From NCBI RefSeq assembly GCF_009914755.1, contig NC_060928.1: 64,000 bases of DNA; one strand, 5' to 3'. Every line of letters starts with the position of its first letter. Positions within the stretch are counted from its first letter, which is position 1. The notes beneath the pieces were generated by a model, which saw only the letters and a list, made by a program, of their open reading frames with translations, was not told where the DNA came from and did no database searches. Below are positions 1 to 20,999 of this stretch, one piece after another. Position numbers and translations under genes: made by a program. The stretch is from the human T2T-CHM13v2.0 reference genome, Homo sapiens.

Positions 1-520
1 TAGGCAAAGGCTTGAAGGAGGTAAGGGAGGGAGCTGTGCAGCTATCTAAAGGAAGAGCAGTCCAGGCAAAAGGAACAGCAGGTGCAGGGGGCCTGGGAAG
101 CCCATATGTTCCAGGAACAGCACAGGGCCAGGGTGGCTGCAGGGCAGCAAATGAGAGGAGGTGCAGTGGGAGGTGAGCTCAGGGGGGTGACGTGCAGGCA
201 ACATGGGCCAATTCTCCAGGGTCCTCCGGGTCATCTTAAAGCCTCTGGCTTTTACTCTGATGAGACAGGAAGCCAGTCCATGGTTCTGTGCAGAGCACTG
301 ATATGATCTCACCCAGTGTTGGGTTGCAAAGGCACTTCAGGGGTCAACAATGGAAGTGGAGACCAGTTAGGGGGAGAGGGATGAAGGCAATGAGTAGTCA
401 TGGGGGATGAGAAGCAATTGAAGGTGGGGCCCACAGGAGGTGGGTGTGAGAGAGGAGGTGAGGACAGTGGCCTGGATCACTAACTGGAAGGATGGGGTTT
501 TGGGAGGAGCAGGTCTGGGG
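1..520 (-). mobile_element. L2 LINE fragment (ancient)
   Basis: Purine-rich tccaggcaaaaggaacagcaggtgcagggggcctggg...gttccaggaacagc resembles the reverse complement of the L2 3' region; ends approximate. Confidence 0.6.
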
Positions 521-1727
521 AGGAGGATGCAATGTGGGCAGCCTGCACACAGCACTTACAGCCTTCTCTCCAGCTGTGTGTCAGTGGGTACTTGCCGCTG
601 TGCTTTTGCACATGCTGGCCTCTGTGCCTGCCAGTCATTCCTTGCCCTGGGAGAAGAACTTTAACTGCCCTCTCAAGGGTACCTTCTGTGAATCAGTCCT
701 GTTGGCCTCCACCTCCTCTATCCCTCTCTTTGCTTCATGCACATGCTGGAACTCATGCACATTGCACAACCTCGACCATATTGTGCCCTGGAAGGTGCCC
801 CAGAAATAAGGACAGCGTGCCATCCATCCCTGAAGCCTGTGTTTCTCAGAGTGCCCACACCTCAGAGTGTCCACCACACAGTAAAGGCTCAACCACAGAC
901 TGACTGCGGACCTGACTGGGGTCTTGCTCTCCCTTTAACTTTAAGCCCCAATTGGCAGCAATCGCAGAGCTTTGTCCCTCCCTGTGAGCCTGTCTGGCTG
1001 TTTATGCTGGATGACATGCACCCCCTCTGCCAGGAGTGCATAGTCTATGGCCTGGCCAGGCAGCCATTGCAGATGAGAAGAGCTTCAACCTCAACTTTAT
1101 TGTGCTGCTGGGTTTTTTCTGCTGGCTCTTAGCACGTTTCTCATGAGCCATGATTAGCCTCAGGTCTATGGAACCTTCTGCAGCTATGTCATGGTGACTG
1201 AGGACATCATCTGAAGCATGTGCCACTGCTACCCCAAGGCAGGTGTTGGTGAGGCTGTGTGGGGATAGGAGGGTTGGAGACCATGCCTCTATCTCATAAA
1301 TGAATTCTTCATCCTTCAATCATCTCCTCATTCTCATTTTGACTCTCTGTTTATTTCTTACTGCTCTCATGAGCATTCATCCATCCATCCATGTTTCCAT
1401 CCATACTTTCATCCACCCATCCATTCATCTATTCATCCATCACTTAGCAGAGGGGTTGATCAGAAGCCCCCAGGATCTGAAACCATGAAACAAATACCAT
1501 GGAAGGGAAGAAATGAAGCACAACACATTACTCACGTGCTTAAACTAAAAGACAATGAGTGCTTTAAAGCTGAGGCTGAGAAAGTGAGGTTCTATAGCTG
1601 AGTGGCAGGGTTTGGATTGGAGCTCAGATGTGCAAATGTAGGCATCATTCTTGTTTTTGATTTCTCCATTTCAGGGTCCCAGAGCTTTCTGGGGTGGGTC
1701 AGGTCTAATCTTGGTGGAATGCATTAA

Positions 1728-2037
<310 letters not shown>

Positions 2038-2094
2038 GAGCAATTCTTTATCTTTTGGAGTCTTAATGTATTCCTAGCCCTAGGAGTGATTTAG

Positions 2095-2290
2095 GATGGG
2101 AAAAGCACTGGTATGAGAGTCTTGTGTTCTATTCCCAGTTCTGTCGCAAACTTTGTGTGTGATTTTTGTCTTTCTGAGCCTCAGCTTTTTATCTGAAAAA
2201 TGGGACTCAAGCCTCTGTTTTGCACAGCCTCACAGGGTATAAAGATCAGAGAAGAGATTATAGAGAAGACAATTTTGTAAACTCTACAGT
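2095..2290 (+). mobile_element. MIR (mirrored copy at ~17750-17950)
   Basis: tctgagcctcagctttttatctgaaaaatggg MIR core. Confidence 0.65.
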
Positions 2291-2455
2291 GTTGTAGGTA
2301 GGTGAAAGGCTGCCAGGTACTGATAACCCTGAGAGAAGGACATGTCAGCTCCAAAATCAAATCTGTTACTTTTTCATTTTTATTTTTAACTTTAGACACA
2401 AAAATGTTTCCTTTTTCTTGAAGTACATGCTTAAGAAGCTCTGATAACAACATGA

Positions 2456-2790
<335 letters not shown>

Positions 2791-3113
2791 TGAAGGTATT
2801 GCAGGTAAGTATTCATTTCTAGCTTTAAAGATAATTTATCTCAGATTCATTTATGTTTCTTTTTCTGGTTTTCATTCTATGCAGCTGTGGAAATGTTACT
2901 TCCATCTTTGTACATTTTTTTTTCTCTCACTGATTTATACTGTTTTTTTCTACTGTGGTCTCATGCAGCTTGGCTATTTTTCAGTATTTAATCTATTTAT
3001 GTTGTTGACACACTGCATTTCTGAATTCAAAGACTTATGTCTGGTTTTCGATTTTAGAAACTATAAGTCACCAAGTCTGAATATTGACTTTAATTTTGAA
3101 AATATATTCTGTA

Positions 3114-3459
<346 letters not shown>

Positions 3460-4033
3460 TTAGTTCCTTTCATCCTACTTTTCATACATGTATATTTGAG
3501 GTTATATAACTTCTCCTTTTCTGTTTTTACACTGATTCTGCTCAGTATTATAGTTGACTAATCTCATCAGCTAAGACAAATGTTTCAGTGATATGTTGTA
3601 AATTAAGTAGATTATTTACATTTTTAATTGTTTGCTTCATATTTGGCTGTTTTTCAAATATGACTTGTCACCCTCATATCTTCTTGTTCTTTCCACATTA
3701 TTAATATGTTGTCTATTTTCCTGATTGTATTGCCTTGAAACATTTTAAATGTAAATCCTGTAAATGTAGGCAACATAAGTTGTAATTGTTTCACATTAAT
3801 GGGAGATACCACAATTGCAATGTCTGCAGTTAGTTTATGGTTCTTTCCCCATTTGCCTATGTCAACTTGGTCAACCCCCAGGAACTTGTCATCTCTGTCT
3901 TTACCTATATCCAAGAAGAGCTCTTGTTTCTTAGATTGATCACATTCTGGATAGTTTATTTGGTCTTCTTCACTACCTAGAAAGTTCTCATATTTTTCTT
4001 GCTACTCTACTCAGAATTTTAAAAGTTCTTGTT

Positions 4034-4656
<623 letters not shown>

Positions 4657-5291
4657 CTAAGAATTTTAGCTTTCTATATTTAAAGTTTCTAGAATATGTA
4701 TTTTCCCAAACAGCAAACATATCAACAAAGCATCCCTGAGAAAAATATTTCACAATTTTTTTGGCAGAGAACAGCATCTCATGAAAAATTTCAAGTTATT
4801 TAGAATATATCTTTCCCTCAATTATACTACAAAGTAACAATAATTCATAGAGTGTATTTTTACTACAGAAAAACTGATTTTATGTCTTCACAAAATTTTG
4901 AAAACTACCCCAACTGGAAGGAATAATATCTAAATATGGGCAGAATGCCACTTTCCTCTATGATTAAGATAACACTCGCAGGATTATTTACTGAAATTCA
5001 GGGTTTTGGCGTCAATCACCATGCTTCATCATGAACACTTTTCTGAATCCAAATTCTATTTGAATTTTCTATTTAATCCAGAAATTAATTTTTTAAATCT
5101 TATAGAAGTTTTATGTAGATAGATATTACTTGTGAACTCACTTTAGTAGATGCCTTCGACTGTTATTTACAATGCCTAGAAAATACTACCTGCTGGGTTT
5201 TTGCTCTCATGCATTCAACGACATATTTTGGTCCTAAAACCTTTCCATTTAATGGGTATTTTTTGTTTACTGGTTAAAAATTATTCCCATT

Positions 5292-5497
5292 GGAGCGCCT
5301 CTGCCCGGCGACCCCATTGTCTGGGAAGTGTGGAGCGCCTCTCCCTGTCTGTCGCACCATCTGGGAAGTGAGCAACGCCTCTACCCGGCAGCTGTGCAAC
5401 CCTCCAAGTGTGAAGCGACAGCCTTGTGTGTGATCTTTCTGCCTTCCCCAGGTTTGCATTTTCGACGTTAAAGTTTACTTTTAAATTAAAAGTTAAA
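5292..5497 (+). mobile_element. SVA2-like element (5'-truncated VNTR plus non-SINE-R 3' end)
   Basis: gagcgcctctgcccgg...tctgggaagtg VNTR units, then gctgtgcaaccctccaagtgtgaag...aaagtttactttt, A tail; 16-bp TSD aaaaatt(a/c)ttcccatt at 5276-5291 and 5498-5513. Confidence 0.8.
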
Positions 5498-5624
5498 AAA
5501 AATTCTTCCCATTTATTTCTATGGCTATTTAGTCAAACTTTCTTATACAGCCATTTAACATTATTTATGTTCATGTAGTTGTTGTATACCAAAATAGTTA
5601 ATTGATGCAATGGCCTTAATATAA

Positions 5625-5996
<372 letters not shown>

Positions 5997-6483
5997 CAGA
6001 GTGAAAATGTGAGTGGCTAGGAGAGGGAGTGGATGTAGAAAGCGAAATTGTAACAAGTTTCACTTAGATGAGAGAATAAGTATTAGTGATTGATTGCACA
6101 GAATGGTGACTATAATAAATAATAATGTATTGTATATTTCAAAATTGCTATGAAGTAGATTTCAAAAGTTTTCACCACAAAAAAATCATATGTGAGCTAA
6201 AGAATTTGTCACTTAGCTCAATGTAATCATTTTACAGCATAAAAATATCAAAATATGACATCATACTCAACAAATATATACAATAATAATATTTCAATTA
6301 AAAGTATAATTTTTAAAGGTACCGGTTTTTCTTATTCAATAAATGTTTAATATATTCACTTTAAACTCTTAGGTGTTAAGCCTATAAATGTTTAATGGCT
6401 TAGAATAATGTCTCACACATTGTATGCACAAAATACTAATGACAATAATGGTCAGATTACCTTATGCTCATAGTTTTCTTTAA

Positions 6484-6853
<370 letters not shown>

Positions 6854-7106
6854 TGATAAATATAGAAGGGAGGCTTTGTTCTCCTGCTTTATACATTCCA
6901 AAGTCAAATTGCAATTTTATTAACTTCCTTCTTATTCAGTAATTCATTTGTCTCCCACAGTAAACGTAAGTATTAACTAACACAATTATAGTCATATTCT
7001 CCATCTTAATAATGCAGTAAAATTTGTGTTATTCATTGACTGGGTTATAGCCTCATATTTTTATCTCATGTTATTTCATGTGAAGTACCTAAGATATAAA
7101 TTTTTA

Positions 7107-9840
<2,734 letters not shown>

Positions 9841-9842
9841 TG

Positions 9843-12605
9843 AGGTCCCACCCAGGATTGATACAGAGCCAAAGGAACCCCCACCCCAGCCAAGAAAAAT
9901 GGTGAGTGAATGTGCAACCCCAGGAAACCACACTTCTCTCAAAGATCTTTGCAACCCTTGCATCAGGCGATTCAGTTGTGAACCCACTCCACCAGGGTCT
10001 TGGGTCTGACACACAGAGCTGTGTGGAGTCTTGGTAGAACAGCTGCTCAGACACAAACAGAGTCCCAGGAGCTTTACATACCTCAGCCCTGGGACATCCA
10101 ACAAAGATGACTGCAACTCAGGCAAGGTGGGAGATTGGTGCATACCCCTAGGAAGGGGGCTGAATCCAGGAGGCTGAGCAGCATCAGTTTGTGGATCCCA
10201 CTTCCATGGCACTTCACAAGATAAGACCCACAGATTTGGAATTCCAGCTAGTTACTGGTAACAGTGTAGCACCTGCCTGAGATGGGTCAGAGCTTCTGGG
10301 TGAGGGATGGGCTGCCATATTTGCTGTTCGGATGACAAAGTCATTGCAGCCTGTGGGCTTTGGAGAGTCCAAATGATCTGAATGAGGCAGGGACCCCACA
10401 GCACAGCACAGCTGCTTTACCAAAATGTTGCCAGACTTCTTCTTTAAATGGGACCCCAATCCATTTCCCTCACTGTGTGAGTTCTCCCAGCAGGGGCCTC
10501 CAGCTGCCCCACCCATATTCTATGAACAGAGTTCTGATTTCTCTCTGGGATGGAATGCCCATGGTGGAGGGGCGCCCTGCCACCTTGGCTGTTTGGGGGA
10601 CTAAGCCATTTAAGCCTGAGGGTTTGGAGAGTCCAAGCAGATTTGGGCAGAGGTGGTTCCCCAGCATGCCATGGCTGTTTTGTTGAAGCATAGTCCTACT
10701 GCTTCTTTAAGTGGGACCCCAATTCATTCCCCCTTGCTGGGCGGGTCCTCCCAGCCAGGGCCTCCATCTACTTCTGCCCAAGTTCTAAGGCCAATAGAGT
10801 TCTAATTTCTCCGTGGGATGGAGTGCCCAGGGGGTGCGGTGGGCCACCATTTTTGCTGTTTGGGCAGGTAAGTTAGTGCAGACTGTGGGCTTTGGATAGC
10901 CCAAACCATTTGAGAGCTGAAGGAATCCACAACACAGCACAGATGCTCTACCAAAACACAGCCAGACTGCTTCTTTAAGTAGGCTGCTGACCCCATTCCT
11001 CCTGGTTGGGTGAGACCTCCAATCCAAAGCCTTCAGCCACCTTCTACAGGTGTGTTCAGGCAGGCAACAGGTCAGTATGCATTCTGACCTGACAAAGGGG
11101 CAGGCTGCCATCTTTGCTGTTTCACAGCCTTAACTGGTGATACTTCCAGATACTGAAAAAGCCAAGGGCACCAGGGTCTGGAGCAGACCTCCAGAAAACC
11201 ACAGCAGCCCTACACACAGTGGTCAGACTGTTAAAAGAAAAACAATAAATAACAAAAAATAACCACAATAACCCTATCCAAAGGTCAGCAATCTCACACA
11301 TTGAAATAGATAAGCCCACAAAGATGAGAAGTGGCACAAAAATGATGAAAACTCAAAAGTCAGAGTGTGCCCTTTTCTCCAACTGACAGCAACACCTGTC
11401 CAGCAAAGGATCAGAACCAGGCTGAGGCTGAGATGGCTGAAATGAGAGAAGTAGGCTTCAGAATATGAATACAGATGAACTTGGCTGAGCTAAAAGGGCA
11501 CACTGTAACTCAATGCAACGAAGCTAAGAATCACGATAAAACAATGCAGGAGCTGGCAGCCAAAATAGCCAGTAAGAAGAGAAACACAAACGACTTGATA
11601 GAGCTGAAAAACACACTACAAGGCCTCCACGATGTAATCACAAGTATTAATAGCAGAATAGACCAAGCGGAGGAAAAAACATCCCAGAGCTTGAAGACTG
11701 TCTTCCTGAAATCAAACAGGCAGACACAAATAAAGAAAAAAAAAAAGGAATGAATGAAACCTTAGAATATGGGATTGTGTAGAGAGTGAATATACAACTG
11801 ATGGGGGTAGCTGAAAGAAATGGGGAGAACTGAACCAAATTGGAGAACATATTTCAGGATATCATCCAGGAGAACTTCCTCAACCTAGCTAGACAGGCCA
11901 ACATTCAAATGCAGGAAATGCAGAGAGCCCCACTAAGATATTCCATGAGAAGATTACTCCCAAGACAGGTAATCATCAGATTCTCCAAGGTCAAAATGAA
12001 ATAAAAATATCTTAAGGGCAGATAGAGAGTAAGGCAAGGCCACCTACAAAGAAAAGCTCATCAGACTAACAGCAGACCTTGTGGGGGTTCAGACAGACTG
12101 GTGAAAAAAGTTTTAGTTATAATAGCCATAAACCCTCTTGGAAGGCCTGAGGGTTTTGCAAAACTTCGGTAATAGATCTGGCTGAAGGCGGCCTGGTCAC
12201 TTTACCTTAAGTTATTAACTTAGGGCACAAATACAAACGGATGTAGAGTAGTTTATCTAACTACCTTGTTTACTCATGTGGTCCTCAGACTAACCTTTGA
12301 TCTTGGGTGCTTAATTGCTTTCTACTCGCGAAGTCGGCAATGTCAATTACCTTCTAGTGGTGTTTACTCAAAGTTTTGTTACTTAATCTTTACCAAATAA
12401 ATGCAAGTTTCGCTGGCTGGTTGGTGTGGCGGCTGCTACTCCCTACAGCACCTCTGTTAGTCTGTGAGGCAGCCTGGACCCTCAGTTGCACTGGCAAAGC
12501 AGAATATCTGCATCAGTATACATTGTTCATCCGTCATTGAGTCAGGGTCAGCGGGTCGGACCCCCGCAAGACTTCTCACTGGAAACCCTACAAGCCAGAA
12601 GAGAC
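9843..12605 (+). mobile_element. Older L1P (L1PA13-L1PB-like) 5' UTR plus partial ORF1, truncated at both ends
   Basis: ORF1-like peptide (IELKNTLQGLHDVITSINSRIDQAEE); tcaggatatcatccaggagaacttcc; 5' UTR with ~265-bp internal repeats; interrupted by LTR22. Confidence 0.8.
12080..12568 (+). mobile_element. Solo ERVK-class LTR, LTR22-like (HML-5)
   Basis: TG...CA ends, 489 bp, internal AATAAA, 6-bp TSD agacct/agactt, inserted into L1 ORF1. Confidence 0.75.
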
Positions 12606-12615
12606 AGAAATAACA

Positions 12616-12960
<345 letters not shown>

Positions 12961-12963
12961 CTA

Positions 12964-13973
12964 TGTAGGGACCAGCCCCACAGAGTCTGTGGGTTTTTCT
13001 CTCCGTGTGCGGAGATGAGAGATCGTAGAAATAAAGATACGAGACAAAGAGATGAAAGAAAAGACAGCTGGGCCCGGGGGACCACTACCACCAAGACGCA
13101 GAGACCGGTAGTGGCCCCGAATGCCTGGCTGCCCTGTTATTTATTGGATACAAAGCAAAAGGGGCAAGGTAAAGAGTGCGAGTCATCTCCGGTGATTGGT
13201 AAGGTCACGTGGGTCACGTGTCCACTGGACAGGGGGCCCTTCCCTGTTAGGTAGCCGAAGCGGAGAGAGAGAGGACAGCTTACGTCATTATTTCTTTTAC
13301 GCTCTTTTCAGAAAGATCAAAGACTTTAATACTTTCACTAATTTTGCTACTGCTGTCTAGAGGGCAGAGCCAGGTGTACAGAGTGGAACATGAAAGTGAA
13401 ACAGGAGCGTGACCGCTGAAGCACAGCATCACAGGGAGACGGTTAGGCCTCCAGATAACTGCGAGCAGGCCTAACTGATGTCAGGCCCTCCACAAGAGGT
13501 GGTGGAACAGAGTCTTCTCTAAACTCCCCTGGGAAAAGGGAGAGTCCCTTTCCCGGTCTGCTAAGTAGCGGGTGCTTTTCCTTGGCACTGATGCTACAGC
13601 TAGACCATGGTCTGCTTGGTAATGGGCATCTTCCCAGACGCTGGCGTTACCGCTAGACCAAGAAGCCCTCTAGTGGCCCTGTCTGGGCATGACAGAAGGC
13701 TCGCACTCTTGTTTTCTGGTCACTTCTCACCGTGCCCCCTTCAGCTCCTATCTCTGTATGGCCTGGTTTTTCCTAGGTTATAATTATAGAGCAAGGATTA
13801 TTATAATGTTGGAATAAAGAGTAATTGCTACAAACTAATGATTGATATTCATATATAATCATATCTATGATCTATATCTAGTATAACTCTTGTTGTTTTA
13901 TATATTTTATTACACTGGAACAGCTCGTGCCCTCAGTTTCTTGCCTCGGCACCTGGGTGGCTTGCTGCCCACA
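12964..13973 (-). mobile_element. Solo LTR13 (HERV-K13/HML-4)
   Basis: Minus strand begins tgtgggcagcaagccacccaggtgccgaggcaaga; 1010 bp; perfect TSD taccta at 12958-12963 and 13974-13979. Confidence 0.88.
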
Positions 13974-14344
13974 TACCTAAATGGTTTTTATGATATTATT
14001 ATTACATTTTGTTCTTAATTTTCAGTATGTTGATTGCTGTTATATAAAAGATTTAACCTTGTCTATTAATCTTGTATTTTGTGACATTAATAAAATTTTT
14101 TATTAACTGAAGTATGTTTTTGGTAAATTTATCATAGTTTTTAACCCAATATTATGGCAAGATAATAGTATCCTACTTCTTTTCTAATCTGAAGATTTTA
14201 TTTATTTTTCTAGTATACTTTTCTGGCTAATACTTCCAGGACAGTGTAAAAACAGAGTGGAAAAAGTGTACATTCTTGTTCCATTTTTAAACTTACAGAT
14301 ACAGCCTGCAATCATCTACCGTTAAGTATACTATTAGCTATTGA

Positions 14345-14647
<303 letters not shown>

Positions 14648-14878
14648 AGCTATTGATTTCTTATAGATGCTTTTTAGCAGGTCTTACAAGTTCCTTTCTA
14701 CTAGATTTCTGAGTGTTTTATCATGAACGGGTGCTGGATTTTTTATACTTTTTTTGCTTATTTACATTGACACTTTTTTCTATTGTTCAAGTAACATTTT
14801 GTAATATTTTGGTTGATTTTAAAAATATTAAGCCAACACTCCATTTGTGACAAACTATTGCTTGGTTATGGTATGTAA

Positions 14879-17429
<2,551 letters not shown>

Positions 17430-19399
17430 TTATTCACAAAAATGGAAGTAAAATTTCCACAAATGTATAGAGCTAAAACCAGAGAAATAAATATAAATGG
17501 AACTGAGAGAAATTGTCCTTAAAGCTGGAAATGGATTCTTACAATACCTTCAACAAAAAAGGGTAAATTATTTTCAAAAGAAAAACATTAATTTGGTTAT
17601 CAATAGGAGCTTCTTAAGTGTGTAGTTCAAGAAAAAAGAAACATTTTTGTGTCTAAAGTTAAAAATAAAAATGAAAGAGTAAGAGACTTGACTTGGGAGC
17701 TGACATGTTCTTTTCTCAAGGTTATCAGTACCCGGCAGCCTTTCAACTACAAACAACATTCTAGAGTTGACAAAATATTTGTATATCCCATCTCTTCTCT
17801 GATCTTTATATGCTGTTTGGCTGTGCAAAATAGAGGCTAAAGTCCCATTTTGCAGATGAAAAAGCTGAGGCTCGGAAAGACAAACATCACACACAAAGTT
17901 TGGGTCACAACTGGCATTAGAACACAGGACTCTCAAACCAGTGCTTTCCCATCACTAAACCACTCCTAGGGCTAAGAATACATTAAGACTCCAAAAGATA
18001 GAGAATTGCTCAATGCATTCCACCAAGATTAGACCTGACCCACCCCAGAAAGCTAAGCCGCTCTGGGGCCCTGGGGTGGAAAACTCAAGAAAAAGAATGA
18101 TGCCTACATTCACACATCTGAGCTCCAATCCAAACTCGGCCAGTCAGTTATAGAACCTCATTTGCTGAGCCTCAGCTTTTTCTGATATAAAATGGAACTA
18201 CAGAAGGCTCCAAAAAGATCAGGATAAGGGCAGAACTGCACTCTAAATGCAGGAGTGCCTGGCAGGTGGAAACCACTCACTGACTTTTAGTTTAAGCACA
18301 TAAGTAATATGTTGTGTTTCACTGTGTCTCCTCCATGGTGTCTGTTTCATGGCTCCAGATCCTGGGGGCTTCTGATCAATCCTTCTGCTAAGTGATGGAC
18401 GAATAGATGAATGGATGGGTGGTTGAAAGGGTGGATGAAATGATGCATAGATGGATGAATGCTCAGGAGGGCAGAAAGAAGTAAACACAGAGTCAAAATA
18501 AGAATGAGGAGATGATTGAAGGATGAAGAGTTGATGCATGAGATAGAGACATGGTCTCCAACCCTCCTATCCCCACACAGCCTCACCAACACCTGCCTTG
18601 GGGTAGCAGTGGCACATGCTTCAGATGATGTCCCCAGTCACCATGACATAGCTGCGGAAGGTGCCATAGACCTGAGGCTAATCATGGCTCATGAGAAACG
18701 TGCTAAGAGCCAGCAGAAAAAACCCAGCAGCACAATAAAGTCGACGTTGAAACTCTTCTCATCTGCAATGGCTGCCTGGCCAGGCCATAGACTATGCACT
18801 CCTGGCAGAGGGGGTGCATGTCATCCAGCATAAACACCCAGACAGGCTCACAGGGAGGGACGAAGCTCTGCGATTGCTGCCAATTGAGGCTTAAAGTTAA
18901 AGGGAGAACAAGACCCCCTCAGGTCCAGACCCAGTGCCTGGGCCCACAAGTTCAGATGGCAAGAGGCAGCACACTTCAGTGAACAATTGCACCCACCCAC
19001 CCACTCACCTTCTCTCCTCACCATCCTGCCTTCTCTGCAGGCTAAGCAGTCCTGCAGGGCATGTATGAATCTGAATGAGAGAGTATGCAGGAAAGAGAGA
19101 AGGGAAGATTACCAGGACTGGGCCCCAGCCAAGGATTTGACATCACCTTATTTGCCTACTATAGGGATGAACTAGGTGGTCAAGTGGCCGTATTATTTCA
19201 CTGTATTAATACAAATACACCTTCCAGCCCTGGGAAGCAGCATACAATTGCCAAGAGACGTTAGAATGCTGCTGGAGGATTCCAGGGTCTCACAGTCTGG
19301 ATTTTAGAGTCCTGAATTTTAGACTTTTCAAGGACATGTGCTCCTCTGGGGTTCAGGCATAATAGACTATATTTACCGATGGTGACTGTGTGCATGACG

Positions 19400-19580
19400 C
19401 CATAACATGTTACACTATTAACTCACTTAAGGGACTCCATGAGGCAGGTACTGCTATCTTCACTTTACAGAGGACACTGAGCACAGGCAAGTAACTTCCC
19501 CATGGTCACACAGCTGGAAATAGCAGAGCAGCTGGGATGTGCACCCAGAGTCTGTGTACTTAGCCACAGTGCAATCCTGC
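19400..19580 (-). mobile_element. MIR
   Basis: cactttacagaggacactgagcacaggcaagtaacttccccatggtcacacagc. Confidence 0.7.
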
Positions 19581-19749
19581 ATAACTACAAAACAAACTTA
19601 TGTGTGTGAGCATCTATCCGCCCAAGCAGACAAGTGTCAAACTACGCGAATGCTGTCCAAGCACTGCGTGAGCATACACTTCTCTGAAAGCGTTCTGCTC
19701 ATCAACAGGGCCAGCCAGTGACTTTTCTGATCGCTTAATGCACCTATCC

Positions 19750-20770
19750 AGTCTCTTCACAGGCGGCTCCTGGGGTCTGCCGGGGGTGCTGGCGTCGGGT
19801 TGGCCCTGGCGCTGTCCCCAGCCCCCACTCCCCAGGCCCTGCAGCGCCATGAGGTCGGACTCCTGGGCGTGTCCTGGGTTCTGACCCACCCGCGACGCCA
19901 GCTGCCCGCGCCCGGAGCGGATGGGCCTGGCCCGGCTCCACCCCGCGGGGCTCCGCGGCTCAACGGGTCGCCCAGGGGCGCGGGCCCGGCTTCGTCCTCG
20001 ACGGTGTCCGCCCCGGCCCTGGCTAGGCCGACGGCAGCCGGGTCCGGGTGGGGCTCGGGCTCGGGGCGCGCCCCTCCCATCTCTCCAGGGTCCGCGTCCT
20101 CGCTGCCGCCAGGTCCCGCCGAGATCCCCGGTGGCCCCGGCTCCAGCGGCTGCAGCGTCGCCATCGCCGGGCAGACCCCGGCCGACCTCAAAGCGACCGC
20201 GCGGTGGGGCCGGCGGGGACTGGGGCTGCGCAGCGCGGCCTGGGGTGGGGGCGGCGGGGCCCCCAGGAGCTCCTGGGAACCGAGGGTCCTGGGGCGGTCC
20301 CGCCCCGCACAGCTCCGGGTGAGCTTGGGGAGGGAGACACACTCTCAGCCCACCTCGCCCCGCCCGACAGCGCTCCGAGTCCTGAGTCCCCTCACCCCCA
20401 TTCTACAGACACGAAGGTGAAGCCAAAGACGGGACGCTCACTTCCTGAGAATTTGCTGCCTGCTGCGTGGACACCACCGACCTATTGTTTACAGCGGTCA
20501 GGGACCCGCCCCCCAGACCCCCAGGACCGCGCTTCCGGGGGAGGAGGGTGTCCTCAGCAACGGTGACCCGCACCAAAGCCCTCCTCACCGGGGTCACCGC
20601 CACAGCCGGTGCGAGGCCCGCAGGGCGCTGGGGATGCGCGACCGACTCCCGTGAACCTGCTCCTCGCGCGTCAGGGAGAGCTGTGCACCCAACTAGGCTC
20701 TGTGAGGACGGACTGAGGTCGGCCTGCAGGCTGCGGCCCCGAAGGCAGGATTTGTGGAGAGATGATTCGC
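19750..20770. promoter_or_regulatory. Upstream CpG island with GC boxes and ETS motif
   Basis: Very high GC and CpG density; several ccccgcc/ggggcgg boxes; gcttccgg at ~20531. Confidence 0.8.
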
Positions 20771-20793
20771 GAGCCTTGGAGGAAGGATGGGCT

Positions 20794-20924
20794 GTGCGTG
20801 CGTGGGTGCGTGCGTGTGTGTGTGTGTGTGTCTGTGACTTTTGTATGTTTATGTGAGACTGCGTACGTGCGCGCGTCTGTGTGTGCGCGCGCGCGTATAT
20901 GTCTGTGTGTGTGCGTGCGTGTAT
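20794..20924. repeat. Alternating purine-pyrimidine (TG/CG)n tract
   Basis: gtgcgtgcgtg...tgtgtgtg...gcgtacgtgcgcgcg...gtgtgcgcgcgcgcgtatat. Confidence 0.9.
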
Positions 20925-20999
20925 AATTTCTAAATGGACGTCACCTTACACATCACAAGGTTAAAAAATGACCCCTGGGCTGTGCCAGGCCAAGCACGA

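Noticed and set aside
11475-11753. 92-aa coiled-coil ORF
   Set aside because: Degenerate L1 ORF1 fragment
18516-18833. 105-aa ORF present in both arms (also 1002-1319, minus strand)
   Set aside because: Starts at TTG, has no recognisable domain, and its conservation is explained by the high nucleotide identity of the duplicated tract
19614-20856. Multiple overlapping 130-240 aa ORFs on both strands
   Set aside because: Expected from stop-codon scarcity in a CpG island; only the Kozak-context ORF is kept as a tentative finding
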